Assembly: GCA_963834385.1 (NCBI GenBank)
Contig: CAWIBO010000002.1
Location: 224,001-288,000 of the forward strand
DNA from: an uncultured Verrucomicrobiae bacterium
GTDB lineage: Bacteria; Verrucomicrobiota; Verrucomicrobiia; Chthoniobacterales; UBA10450
Reading direction: 5' to 3'
Length of the DNA stretch: 64,000 nt
Part shown: one piece after another, positions 48,596 through 61,299 of the stretch
How positions within the stretch are numbered: position 1 is the first letter of the stretch
Layout: each line of letters starts with the position of its first letter
Position numbers and translations under genes: made by a program
The notes under the pieces: generated by a model
Seen by the model: the letters and a program-made list of their open reading frames with translations, nothing else
Database searches by the model: none
What the model was told of the DNA's origin: nothing

Positions 48596-50752
48596 CTAGC
48601 GGCGCGGACGCTCTTCCCATCGCACCTGCAGACGGGAAATCTTCACGCCAAGCTTTCTCGCGTCGGGACTCAGGCCATGCTCAAGCGGGCTGGCCGGTTC
48701 GGGGATGGTGATGCCCAGGGTGATGCGACCATCGTCGCGCCGGGCGGAACGCGGCACGACCACTTTCTGGAAACCGGAGGTCCCGGGCGTGACCTGCCAT
48801 TTTCCCGCCGGCTTCCCGTTGATCGTAATCGGGAATTCGCGCGCTTTCGCCGGGGGCGGGAAGAATGCGCTGACCTCGGCTTCGATCGCCAAGTCCTCCG
48901 CGACGAAGGGCGCGACGAGCCGGATTTCTGCGGTGGGTCCGACAGTCCATGTCCCGACCGGTTCGGCGCGGCCAAACCCGGAAAGGGCGGCGGCGGGAAG
49001 GGCCGGAGCCTGGTCGCGGCAAAAGCTGACCGGTGTCTCCCAGGCGACCGGGAAAAAATAATCGTTGTCTGGCGGAGCGGGCGCTTTTTCCTCCAATGTT
49101 ATTTCCTCCAGGTGCAACCCAAGGGCCCGGATGACCTCATTCGCTCCCAGCGATGCAGGCGTCACCGTCTTATCCACCACGAGTCGGAGGGCCATGCGTC
49201 CATCTTTGGCAAGGTCGCGGGGAATGAGAGCGGTATGGTTCAGGGGCGCTTCATTGGGAAACGTCCAATCGGCCACCTGGGTCCCATTGACGTATAGGCG
49301 GGCGGATGGCGGGGTGGACCCTGGGGCGGAAAGCGCGGAAAGTCGTGCGGTCAGAAGGAGATCGCTGGCCGGTTCCGGTCCCGCCACGCGGAGAAGACAC
49401 TCCTTCCCGTCCATCCAAACTCCCTGCGGATCAGCCTGGAACAGACCATGGGTGAAGCGCGCAGCGGTTCCCTGGCCCGCGGCGAAACGGAGTGTTTCAC
49501 CCCAGTAAACCGGCAGGGTCTCGGTCGGGAAGGCCGCCTTCTTTCCGGGGTGCGCGCGGGCGAAGGCGAGAACATCCTCCACAAAGCGTTTGAGGAACTG
49601 CATCTGCAGGTTGGACTCGTTCACCTCGAGGATGAGGAGGTCGGCGCCGAAGATGTCGCCGGCGATGTTCAGGGCGGGCGCCGGCGCCACCATCAGAGGT
49701 GAATAATCGCGGAGGTAACAGGTTTTGCGCAGCTTGTAATAAAAGTAGCTGTGGATCTCGGAAAATTGCCCCGATTCCTGCATCACTTCGGCGAGCTTCC
49801 AGGAGAAGCTGTCGCCCACCATGGCCACGGTCGGGCGCGGACCTGTCCGCGCGGCGGGCTTGATGGTGATGTCGGCGGAAAGATAGCGCCAGGGGCGAGC
49901 GAGGTTGAGGAGGGCCTCCATGTCGCGGTCGGCCCTTCCGGGACGGTCCGTCGCCTCGATCATCTCCGGTTCCAGCGGGACGAGCCCGGGCCAATCCTGC
50001 GCCAGCATAGCCAGAAGCGCGTTGGTGGCGTGAAGCACCAGGTAATCCGACCAATGGATGGCCCCCTTCGTGAAAAGGGGGAGCGGCGCCTCCGCCTTCA
50101 GCGCCATGGCCTGCGTATGCCCGTCGAGGAAACGCACGCCTTCTTCGCGGAGAAGCGTTTGCAGCAATACGGAGGCGCGCGGTCGCGGGTCTTCGCGGCC
50201 CTGCCAGCGGGGCGGCAGATATTCCGGGTAAATGGCCGCCTTCGCAGGCGTGATCATGATGGCCAGGGGAAGGCGGCGGCGGCGGCATTCCTCCTGGAGA
50301 GCGGCGAGGTTCCGCGCCAGCGGCAGCAACTCCTCGCGGGCAGGCCGGAACCAGAGATAATCGCGCAGGTATCCCTGATGGAAGAGGTAGTTATCCTTCC
50401 CGAAAATGATGGCGTCGGTGCGGAAAATGGAAACGCGCAGGAGCCTGTAATAGGCTTCGTTGGTCAGGCGAATGAGAAACTCGCGCGCCGGGAAGGTGTC
50501 GTTGAAGTGGGTGGCGACCGATCGCTGATAGGTGGCGCGACGCAGGCTCTCAAGGGAGAAGGGGACGGGCGGTGGAAGCGACCTTAACCCCGCCAGTGTG
50601 CGGGAGGCGATCCAGTCATGCTGCCACAGACTGCAAACGTCGTTTTGCACGGCGGGGAGACGGCGCAGGCCGGCGAGGAGGAGAGGACTGACGAAGAGGA
50701 TGGCGATGACGGCAAGGAGGGCGTATTCAGCCAGGCGCAGGGAGGATCTCAT
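48596..50752 (-). CDS. AlgX/AlgJ-like periplasmic O-acyltransferase with C-terminal beta domains
   Basis: GKDNYLF, TPAKAAIYPEYLP, IHWS, VGDSF; two C-terminal G-x-W-x-x-G beta modules; adjacent to an AlgI-like MBOAT. Confidence 0.8.
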   Translation of the reverse strand: MRSSLRLAEYALLAVIAILFVSPLLLAGLRRLPAVQNDVCSLWQHDWIASRTLAGLRSLPPPVPFSLESLRRATYQRSVATHFNDTFPAREFLIRLTNEAYYRLLRVSIFRTDAIIFGKDNYLFHQGYLRDYLWFRPAREELLPLARNLAALQEECRRRRLPLAIMITPAKAAIYPEYLPPRWQGREDPRPRASVLLQTLLREEGVRFLDGHTQAMALKAEAPLPLFTKGAIHWSDYLVLHATNALLAMLAQDWPGLVPLEPEMIEATDRPGRADRDMEALLNLARPWRYLSADITIKPAARTGPRPTVAMVGDSFSWKLAEVMQESGQFSEIHSYFYYKLRKTCYLRDYSPLMVAPAPALNIAGDIFGADLLILEVNESNLQMQFLKRFVEDVLAFARAHPGKKAAFPTETLPVYWGETLRFAAGQGTAARFTHGLFQADPQGVWMDGKECLLRVAGPEPASDLLLTARLSALSAPGSTPPSARLYVNGTQVADWTFPNEAPLNHTALIPRDLAKDGRMALRLVVDKTVTPASLGANEVIRALGLHLEEITLEEKAPAPPDNDYFFPVAWETPVSFCRDQAPALPAAALSGFGRAEPVGTWTVGPTAEIRLVAPFVAEDLAIEAEVSAFFPPPAKAREFPITINGKPAGKWQVTPGTSGFQKVVVPRSARRDDGRITLGITIPEPASPLEHGLSPDARKLGVKISRLQVRWEERPRR

Positions 50753-50756
50753 CGTC

Positions 50757-52151
50757 TTAGAAGCGGAAGTAAACGAAAGGCTGGAAGCTGCTAACCGCGA
50801 GCCGTCCAAAACAAAGACAGAGAAGGGCCAGCGCGCCGCCCAGGCGGAGGGCCGGGCCGACGGGAAAGCCCCGGGCCCGGTCCGGGACCCGCAGGAGCGG
50901 CGTCACGATGATGGCGAGGCCGACAAGGAAAAAGAAAAGCACGTCGGGCTCGAGGACAAAATGGCGGACAGCCGTTTCCCCGCCGGCGAAAAGAATCGCG
51001 TAATAGCCGAGCGCGCCGGGGATCGTTTCGTTGCGGAAGAGAACGAGGGTGAGGACGAAAAGGAAATCGGTCAGGATGACGTTGGCGAAGAAAGGGAGCC
51101 GGCGTTGCCAGCGCAGCCAAAAGGCGCGGTCGGCCACGAGAACAAGGCCGTGCAGGCAGCCGAAAAGGACAAAGTTCCAGGCCGCCCCGTGCCAGAGACC
51201 GCAGAGGACAAAGCAGACCCAAAGGTTGAAATAGGTGCGGAACGTAGAGCCGCGGCTGCCGCCCAGTGGGAAGTAAAGATAATCGCGGATCCAGGTGGAG
51301 AGCGAGATGTGCCAGCGCCGCCAGAAATCGGTGAAACTGGTGGCGAGATAAGGATGGTTGAAATTCTCGCGCAGACGGAACCCGAGCATCCGACCGAGCC
51401 CGATGGCCATGTCCGAGTAACCGGAAAAATCGAAGTAGAGCTGCACGGCGAAGAAAGTGATGCCGATCCAGGCCGTGGCCGCGTCCAGTTCCGCGTGGGG
51501 CAATCGGAAAATCCAGTCCACGGAAGGGGCGAGGCTGTCAGCAATGAGAACCTTCTTGGAAAGGCCCACGATGAATCTGGTCAGGCCGTCGCGCACATCC
51601 TCGTAGCGGTGCGCCGGCCGGCGCAGCTGGTCGGCAATGTCGTGGTACTTGACGATCGGGCCCGCCAGCAGCTTGGGGAAAAGGAAGACGTAGTTGAGAT
51701 AATCAAGGAACGACGGTGCGGGCGGGGCGACCCGGCGGTAGAGATCGACCACGTAGGTGATCTTCTCGAAAACGATAAAGGAAACGCCAAGCGGCAGCAC
51801 GATGGTCGGGATGACCAGGGCCGGTTGCCCCATCCGCTCGAGCAGGTAGTTGAGGTTGGCGAAGCCGAAGACGGTGTACTTGGCGTAGACGAGCAGGCCG
51901 ATGTTGTTGATCACGCCTGCGCCCGTGAGCAGCTTCCTTCTCCGCACGGAACCCTCGGCGGCGAGGAATCGGCCGAGGAACCAGTCGAACGCGGAGGAAA
52001 CCACCACGACACAGAGGAAGATCGGCTCGCTCCACCCGTAGAAAACGAGGCTGCCGAGAAGGAGGACCGGCCGCCGCGCCGGAATCAGCCAGTAAAGGCC
52101 GAAGAGGATCGGCAGGAAAACGAATAGAAAGAAGGGGGTGGAAAAGAGCAT
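50757..52151 (-). CDS. MBOAT O-acyltransferase (AlgI/PatA-like)
   Basis: MLFST..FLFVFLP, LPLGVSF, AGPI, YFDFSGYSDMAIG, NFNHPY...FWRRWHISLS, GLWHGA. Confidence 0.95.
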   Translation of the reverse strand: MLFSTPFFLFVFLPILFGLYWLIPARRPVLLLGSLVFYGWSEPIFLCVVVVSSAFDWFLGRFLAAEGSVRRRKLLTGAGVINNIGLLVYAKYTVFGFANLNYLLERMGQPALVIPTIVLPLGVSFIVFEKITYVVDLYRRVAPPAPSFLDYLNYVFLFPKLLAGPIVKYHDIADQLRRPAHRYEDVRDGLTRFIVGLSKKVLIADSLAPSVDWIFRLPHAELDAATAWIGITFFAVQLYFDFSGYSDMAIGLGRMLGFRLRENFNHPYLATSFTDFWRRWHISLSTWIRDYLYFPLGGSRGSTFRTYFNLWVCFVLCGLWHGAAWNFVLFGCLHGLVLVADRAFWLRWQRRLPFFANVILTDFLFVLTLVLFRNETIPGALGYYAILFAGGETAVRHFVLEPDVLFFFLVGLAIIVTPLLRVPDRARGFPVGPALRLGGALALLCLCFGRLAVSSFQPFVYFRF

Positions 52152-52159
52152 GGGACGAA

Positions 52160-53470
52160 TCAGGCGCGCGGAGACGGCGCCTGGAGAAGCGCGGTGGCTT
52201 CCCGCGCGATCCGTTCGCCGGTCTCTTCCAACCCGGCCGGATCCATAAACTCCTGAAGGAGGCTCCCGGCCCGTCGCGCCACGCGCTGCGCCATGCTGGC
52301 AGCCCCGAAGGCCGGCACGCGTCCCGCCATTTCCAGCAGCCCATCCACGTAGATTTCCGGGGCGTGGGCCGCGGCCAGAAACTCACGCCCGCGCCGGCCC
52401 ATCTCGTAATAAGGTGCGGGATCCGCGGCAAAAGCGGCCAGGTGCCGCCGGATGTCGGCGGTCTCTTCGCCGGGCCGGACATGCGCCACCGTTTCCTCCG
52501 GCAGATCAGAATAGAATCCGACCGGCGTGACCATCGTGGGGAGGGCGTGCTGCCAATACTGGAGCTGGGTGCCGGAGGCTTCGCCCATCGTCGGGTAGCG
52601 CAGGTTGATCCCGAAGTCGGCCGAGGCCAGCGCGGCCTCGAGTTCCTCGCGCGGCACCAACCCGTGCAGATGGACCAGTTTTTCCAGCGCCAGCGCGGCG
52701 ATCGTCCTTCGGAGGGCCGCGGGATCGCGCACCTCTCCGTAAAGATGAAGCTGGAAAAGGTCCCGTTGCACGAAGCCGCTCAGGGCGGCGAGGGTTTGTT
52801 CCAGGCGGCGGTTCAAACCCAAATAGCCGAAAATAATCAGGCGGTACGGTGGCAGATGCGGTCGCCGCGGCGGCGGAGCCGGGCCGGCCTTTTCCGGCAG
52901 GGGAAGGCGGGCAACGGACCAGCGTCCCATTTTTTTCACCCGGAGAAAGGCGGCGCGACTGTGCGTTATGACTGCGAGCGCCATTTCCAGCGCTGCCGGA
53001 GTGAGCGGAAAATCGAGGGAGAGCGAGTCGATATCGCGCTGGCCGCGCCAGAATTGCCCGGCCGCGAGGCGCCCCCGGTTTCCATAATATTTTTGCATGA
53101 GGGCAACGTGCCCCGCGGGGTCGGAACGCTCTTCGCCGTAGTGAATGGTGAAGAACCCCTGCAGGGCATCCTCGTGCAAAATGACCACGCCGGGCAGGCG
53201 CTGACTGGCGCGCCAGATCGCGCTGTGGAACCGGGCGTTATTGCCCATGTTGTAAAAGGTGGCGTCGCTCTTGTTGAGTGTGTCCCACCAAAGTTCGCCC
53301 GGGTTGAACTGGTGCACGGTGGCGAACTCCTCCAGGCTTTTGTCCCAGGAGCCCTGGTCCGTCCAGAGAGCGACCTCGGCGCGCCGGGCCAGGTAGGGAA
53401 GCAAAACGCCCGTGGTATAGGCGATGCCCGAGGGTGCCGGCGGGAGGGGGGAGAACCAGTTGATTCTCAC
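52160..53470 (-). CDS. Glycosyltransferase family 4
   Basis: FSPLPPAPSGIA, YNMGNN...H, INLRYPTMGEASG. Confidence 0.88.
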   Translation of the reverse strand: MRINWFSPLPPAPSGIAYTTGVLLPYLARRAEVALWTDQGSWDKSLEEFATVHQFNPGELWWDTLNKSDATFYNMGNNARFHSAIWRASQRLPGVVILHEDALQGFFTIHYGEERSDPAGHVALMQKYYGNRGRLAAGQFWRGQRDIDSLSLDFPLTPAALEMALAVITHSRAAFLRVKKMGRWSVARLPLPEKAGPAPPPRRPHLPPYRLIIFGYLGLNRRLEQTLAALSGFVQRDLFQLHLYGEVRDPAALRRTIAALALEKLVHLHGLVPREELEAALASADFGINLRYPTMGEASGTQLQYWQHALPTMVTPVGFYSDLPEETVAHVRPGEETADIRRHLAAFAADPAPYYEMGRRGREFLAAAHAPEIYVDGLLEMAGRVPAFGAASMAQRVARRAGSLLQEFMDPAGLEETGERIAREATALLQAPSPRA

Positions 53471-54516
53471 GCGAGCAGGCGATCGACCACCGTTTCCCAG
53501 TTGATTTCCAAACTGTCGTAAAGCGCGCGCCCTTCCTCGCCCATGTCGCGCGCGCGAGCCGGGTCGGCCGCCAACGCGCGGATGGCCGCGGCCAGTGCCT
53601 CGGGAGTCGGCTCACTGACCAGACCCGTCCGCTCATGCCGGACGAACTCGCGCGCCCCACCGGCATCACTGACCGTGATGACCGGCTTGGCCGCGAGCAT
53701 GGCCTCAAGCGTGACGTAACCGTAATCCTCATCCAGGGGCGGATAAATCACCCCCAGGCACTGCGCGTACTGCCGCAGTTTCTCTTCTTCCGTTATGTGC
53801 CCGAGCCAGCGGATCCGGCCGGCCAGGCCGAGCTCGGCGCTTCGGCGGGCCAGACTTTCGTGGTAAGGCTGATCGTCGGGCGCGCCGGCGAAGTGGACCC
53901 GCAGATTTCCGGGGACCGCGGCCAGAGCTTCCAGCACAAGCATCTGGCGCTTGATCCTGGTAATGCGACTGGGGAAAAACAGAAAATCGCCCGGAGGTCC
54001 CGGATAAAACAGGGCGGCGTTCCGGGGCGGGTGATAGAGCGGTTCGGCCACGCAGGCGCTGTAACGGTGGAGGCGGTCGGCCACATTCCGGGAATTGGCG
54101 TAGACCAGATGAGCCTCAGCGAAGCAGTTCTCGTCCGCCCGGCGAATGGAATCGCGGATGGGACGGCCGAGGCCAACGTGCAGGAGGTCGCACAGGCTCG
54201 GATGCTGCCAGAGATCATAGGCGGGTCGATGCTGGTGCAGCACCCAGAGGACCTTGCACGGGTGCGCCACCAGATAGGCGGGAAATTTGAGGCCGATGAC
54301 ACGGTCGATCGGCTGCCCGTCGCTTTCCGTCAGGTCAAGCAGCCGGCAGGCGAGCATATGGTCGAGAATGCGCTCGGCGGGATACCATTTGAACGGAATC
54401 GCCACGATCTCAGCCTGGTGTCCGGCCTGGCGGAAGGCCTCGCGCAATTCCTCGGCGTGAATCTCGGCGCCTCCGAAAACGAACGGCACCTGAGTGGTGG
54501 CGATGACAACTCTCAT
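53467..54516 (-). CDS. Glycosyltransferase family 4
   Basis: GGAE, SRITRIKR, EDYGYVTLEAM...KPVI. Confidence 0.92.
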   Translation of the reverse strand: MRVVIATTQVPFVFGGAEIHAEELREAFRQAGHQAEIVAIPFKWYPAERILDHMLACRLLDLTESDGQPIDRVIGLKFPAYLVAHPCKVLWVLHQHRPAYDLWQHPSLCDLLHVGLGRPIRDSIRRADENCFAEAHLVYANSRNVADRLHRYSACVAEPLYHPPRNAALFYPGPPGDFLFFPSRITRIKRQMLVLEALAAVPGNLRVHFAGAPDDQPYHESLARRSAELGLAGRIRWLGHITEEEKLRQYAQCLGVIYPPLDEDYGYVTLEAMLAAKPVITVSDAGGAREFVRHERTGLVSEPTPEALAAAIRALAADPARARDMGEEGRALYDSLEINWETVVDRLLA

Positions 54517-54561
54517 GCGGGGAGTTGCGGGAGCCGGAGAACTCCTGCCGGGAAGGCGAGG

Positions 54562-55158
54562 TCAATCATAAAGTCCGGCGGCAAAACACCATGGACTGAT
54601 TTTTCGAACAAGCTCAATCATCTCCGGGGTATAGGATTTATCCACTTCCTCGGATTTACTGCGGTTCAGGTGGGGAAAATCGAGTTCGAGGCGGAGGCCC
54701 AGCCTCTCGTTCAAGACCTGCTCGGCGTCGCGGGAGAATTCTTCCAGCCGAATCAGGTGAACGTTGGGGGGGAGGACGCCCTTGACGAGGAGCATCTTGG
54801 CAAAGACGTCGTAAAAAATATTCCCGCGCACAAATTCCGGAAAGGAGCAGCGGCGCGCCGCCTGGACATGGGGCAGAAAAGTCTCGGCGGATCCGCTGGT
54901 CAGCCCGCGATAAAAGCGATAGACGGAAGCCACCTGGGCGAGCGGATGCCGCACCAGGCTGATGATGCGCAGCTGGGCGGGATCGCGGCCGCGCAACCGC
55001 CAGCACCGGTAAACCTCGTCCACCGAATGATGCGGCTGTGGCAGTTCCACCGATTCCTCCACATCGAGAATGTTGCGCTGGAGAAAAGTGCGAAAGGAGG
55101 TTCCACCCGTCTTGTGGATATGGACGAAGATCAGGTTGCGCGAGAGGGAATGGAGCAT
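54562..55158 (-). CDS. Sulfotransferase family 2 protein
   Basis: IFVHIHKTGGTS (5'-PSB) and VRHPLAQVASVY (3'-PB) motifs. Confidence 0.82.
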   Translation of the reverse strand: MLHSLSRNLIFVHIHKTGGTSFRTFLQRNILDVEESVELPQPHHSVDEVYRCWRLRGRDPAQLRIISLVRHPLAQVASVYRFYRGLTSGSAETFLPHVQAARRCSFPEFVRGNIFYDVFAKMLLVKGVLPPNVHLIRLEEFSRDAEQVLNERLGLRLELDFPHLNRSKSEEVDKSYTPEMIELVRKISPWCFAAGLYD

Positions 55159-55166
55159 GACAAAAC

Positions 55167-56474
55167 TCAGGCCCGCGGGGGCGCGTCGGCCGGCTTGGTG
55201 GCGAGCAGCGCGTAGTCGCGCGGCCCGGCGACCAGTTCGTTGAAACGTTCCGCCAGCGCGGGCGAGCCGCCGGGAGCGACGCGCTCCGAAGCTGGCTCCG
55301 GTGAGAGGAGCATGATCTCCGTGGAAGAAAAGCCGCGCGCCTGAAAGAGAAACAACATGAACTCCCGGGGCAGCGGCCGCTGATGGGTGGGATCAAGGTG
55401 AAAGGTCCGCGTGCTGACGATGAGGTTGTCGGGATTCGGAGTCTCGAAAATAACCAGACCGCCCGGGGCGAGGACCCGCCGGGCTTCATCGATGAGAGCA
55501 ATCAGGACATGGAATGGGAGATGTTCCGCAAGATGGAACGCGGTCACGACGGCAAACTGCGCGGCCGGCGCCTGTCGCAGATGATCGAGGGCGTCGGCAT
55601 AGACGATTGTCAGACCGAGCGCCCGGCCATCCGCGCAGAAGACGGCGTTGCTCTCGACGCCCACCGCCTCCAGGCCCTCCTCGGTCATGAGCCGCAGCCA
55701 TTCGCCGCGGCCGCAACCGAGGTCGAGGACGGTCCTGTTTCCAAGCGCCTGGGTGACCTCCCGGACGCGCGGAAGAAAAACGCGCTGTCTTTCCCGGATC
55801 AGGTCTTCGCTTCCGCGAAAAGAGGTGGCGAATTGAGCATAGAATTCGTCGCACCCGGGGAAGGGCTGGGGCAGGAGACGGCGCATCTTAAGCAGGGCTT
55901 CGCGCAGGGCGAAAATCTCACGACCCTGCGCCACGCTGTCCGCCGTCACCCTGGTCAACTGGCGTTCGAGATGTTTTTGCTTCGCCTCCCACGTTTCCCG
56001 TTCCGCGCCGATGGTGCTCAGGTGCTCAATTTCTTCCTGCCGCCTCCGATCATCGAACGCGAGGCGCTGGAGGAAACGCTCCACGACCTGGTCGCGCCGT
56101 TCCAACCGGCGCAGGCTGGCCTGCAGTTTCGGCATAAGTTCAACCACCAGGCGCAGCGCTTTGATCAACTCGGACTGGGAACGCGCCAGCCAGCTGTTCA
56201 ACCGGGCCTGACGCCGAAGATTCCGCAGGAAATACCGCCAGCCGGTCGGAGCCAGCCGGTCGCGCGCCTCCCGGGTCAGCGCCGCCGCTTTCCGCAGATG
56301 CGCGGCGGCCGGGAAACTCCCCGTCAGGTCGTCTTCCGGCACGGCCGAAACCTCGACGCGTTCCGGATGCCTTGCCCCCTCTTGCAAGGAGGCGGCCAGA
56401 AGGGCGGGAGTGGCGTCCACAAACGTGAACTCGACCGCCCGGTCCGTGTGTCCGGCCTGCGAAGGTGACGCCAT
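55167..56474 (-). CDS. Coiled-coil + class I methyltransferase (glycan chain-terminator-like)
   Basis: N-terminal coiled coil; FRGSEDLIRERQ, VLDLGCGRGEW, FHLAEHL, ETPNP, DPTH. Confidence 0.85.
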   Translation of the reverse strand: MASPSQAGHTDRAVEFTFVDATPALLAASLQEGARHPERVEVSAVPEDDLTGSFPAAAHLRKAAALTREARDRLAPTGWRYFLRNLRRQARLNSWLARSQSELIKALRLVVELMPKLQASLRRLERRDQVVERFLQRLAFDDRRRQEEIEHLSTIGAERETWEAKQKHLERQLTRVTADSVAQGREIFALREALLKMRRLLPQPFPGCDEFYAQFATSFRGSEDLIRERQRVFLPRVREVTQALGNRTVLDLGCGRGEWLRLMTEEGLEAVGVESNAVFCADGRALGLTIVYADALDHLRQAPAAQFAVVTAFHLAEHLPFHVLIALIDEARRVLAPGGLVIFETPNPDNLIVSTRTFHLDPTHQRPLPREFMLFLFQARGFSSTEIMLLSPEPASERVAPGGSPALAERFNELVAGPRDYALLATKPADAPPRA

Positions 56475-56482
56475 CTCTGCGC

Positions 56483-57049
56483 TTATTTACTCCCAGGTTT
56501 CACCGGAGGAACAGTCTTTAAATCGTCCGGGAGATTGTCGGGCGGGAACGTTTCCACGTTCATTTCCACCAGGCTGAAGAAGGGGCACCCGAAGTCGGGA
56601 CGGTTCCCGCCGCTCCGGTCGACGATGACGGCGGCGGCCGTCACCTCGCCGCCATGGGCCCGGACAATGTCGATCGTCTCCTGGACCCGGCCCCCGCGGG
56701 TGACCACATCCTCCGCCACGACAAATTTTTCCCCCGGCCGGATCTGGAACCCGCGCCGCAGGACCAGGCCCCCGTCCGCGTCTTTCTCCGCGAAGATGTG
56801 CCGTTTCCCAAGGGCCCGTCCCACCTCCTGCCCGACCACGATGCCGCCAAGGGCGGGAGAGATGACCGCATCACACGGGAGATGCCGGACCTTGTCCGCC
56901 AGCCGTCCGCACACGTCCGCCGCGATCCCGGTGTGCTGAAGAAGGATGGCGCATTGGAAAAACTGCCGGCTGCGCAGCCCGGACCGGAGAATGAAATGAC
57001 CGTCCAAAAGCGCGCCGGTGTCGCGGAAGAGCTGGAGCAGGTCTTTCAT
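56483..57049 (-). CDS. pyrE: Orotate phosphoribosyltransferase
   Basis: GHFILRSG, PALGG, FAEK, VAEDVVTRGG PRPP loop. Confidence 0.94.
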   Translation of the reverse strand: MKDLLQLFRDTGALLDGHFILRSGLRSRQFFQCAILLQHTGIAADVCGRLADKVRHLPCDAVISPALGGIVVGQEVGRALGKRHIFAEKDADGGLVLRRGFQIRPGEKFVVAEDVVTRGGRVQETIDIVRAHGGEVTAAAVIVDRSGGNRPDFGCPFFSLVEMNVETFPPDNLPDDLKTVPPVKPGSK

Positions 57050-57079
57050 GGCGATCAGGCGCACGGCGAACCCCGCCGG

Positions 57080-57499
57080 TTAACCCGAGGTGTCAGCGGC
57101 CACACCGCCGGACGATCCCTGCCCGCCCACGGCAATCGCTTCGATCTCCACCTTGGCGTTCTTCGGCAGGGCCGAAACCTGCACGGTGGACCGGGCGGGC
57201 GGGTTCTCCTTGAAGAAGCCGCCATAGACCCCGTTCATGGTCTGGAAATCGCCGAAGTCGGTCAGGAAGACGGTGGTCTTGACGACATTATCCATGGTGA
57301 GGCCTTCCGCCTTCAGGATGGCGGCCATGTTCTCCAGGACGCGCCGGGTTTGCTCGGCCACGTCCTGGGAGACGATCTCGCCGGATTGCGGGTCGAGCGG
57401 GATCTGGCCGGCGCAAAAGAGCAGGGAACCGGCCCGGACGGCCTGCGAATAAGGCCCGATGGCGGCCGGTGCTTCCTTCGTGGAAATGATTTTCTTCAT
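57080..57499 (-). CDS. ridA: RidA/YjgF enamine deaminase
   Basis: APAAIGPYSQA, GQI, VVKTTVFL, PARS, LPK..KVEIEAIA. Confidence 0.93.
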   Translation of the reverse strand: MKKIISTKEAPAAIGPYSQAVRAGSLLFCAGQIPLDPQSGEIVSQDVAEQTRRVLENMAAILKAEGLTMDNVVKTTVFLTDFGDFQTMNGVYGGFFKENPPARSTVQVSALPKNAKVEIEAIAVGGQGSSGGVAADTSG

Positions 57500-57630
57500 G
57501 GCCGGAAGCTTAGCGCGCAGGACGCAGGTGACCAGCGCGGGTTGCGTGCTTTCACGGGGAGGTCTCCAGCCATAATTTGTTTGCGCTTTGCCCCGGGGAA
57601 CGGATTGTTCGGATTCCGGAGAAGCGGCCC

Positions 57631-60657
<3,027 letters not shown>

Positions 60658-60723
60658 GGCGACCGGGCGCGCTGCCGTTGGAAGGAAGCCAAGAGTTTTG
60701 GCATTATCCCAGCGCGCCGCCTC

Positions 60724-60837
60724 GGTCATCCCGAGCCGCGCAGACGGCGAGGGACCTCGCGAATGGCGTTTGACGCGGCTTATTGCAGACGCCGTCGAAA
60801 GTAATTCGGGAGGTCCTTCGCTTCGCTCAGGATGACC
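60724..60837. repeat. REP-like palindromic intergenic element
   Basis: GGTCATCCCGAGC...GAGGGACCTC and GAGGTCCTTCG...GCTCAGGATGACC are imperfect inverted arms between convergent genes. Confidence 0.75.
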
Positions 60838-60850
60838 CGGGGAGATGCGC

Positions 60851-61231
60851 CTATTGGACTTCGTAGGTGGTGATCTCGAGGCGGTGGCCGTCCGGGTCGC
60901 GGAAATAGATGGAATGCGCGATTTTGTGATCCTCGAAGGCGAACGGGATTTCGCGCTCTTTTAATTCCTCGCGCGCCCGGTCGAAGTTCGCGCGGGTGGC
61001 GCGAAAGGCGAGATGGCGCATGGCGATCGTCGACTTGCCCGGCGGAGGCTGGGCTTCGCCTTCCACCGGAAAGAGCGCGACGGCCGTTTCTCCGTGGCCA
61101 ACAAAGGCCGGCATCTCTCCCCAGACGTCGGCGTGCATCCGCTGGAATCCGAGCACTTCGCAATACCAGGCCACGGCCGCCGGGAGATCGCGCACGGCCA
61201 GGGCCACATGATCAAGACCTTCGAGTTGCAT
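60851..61231 (-). CDS. VOC/glyoxalase family protein
   Basis: LDHVALAVRD...WYCEVLG, HLAF, SIYFRDPDGHRLEI. Confidence 0.92.
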   Translation of the reverse strand: MQLEGLDHVALAVRDLPAAVAWYCEVLGFQRMHADVWGEMPAFVGHGETAVALFPVEGEAQPPPGKSTIAMRHLAFRATRANFDRAREELKEREIPFAFEDHKIAHSIYFRDPDGHRLEITTYEVQ

Positions 61232-61299
61232 GGAAATTGCCGCCCGCCCGGAATTCTGAAAGGATGGCGCGGCCCCGCATGATAGCGCGTTCCTCCAGT

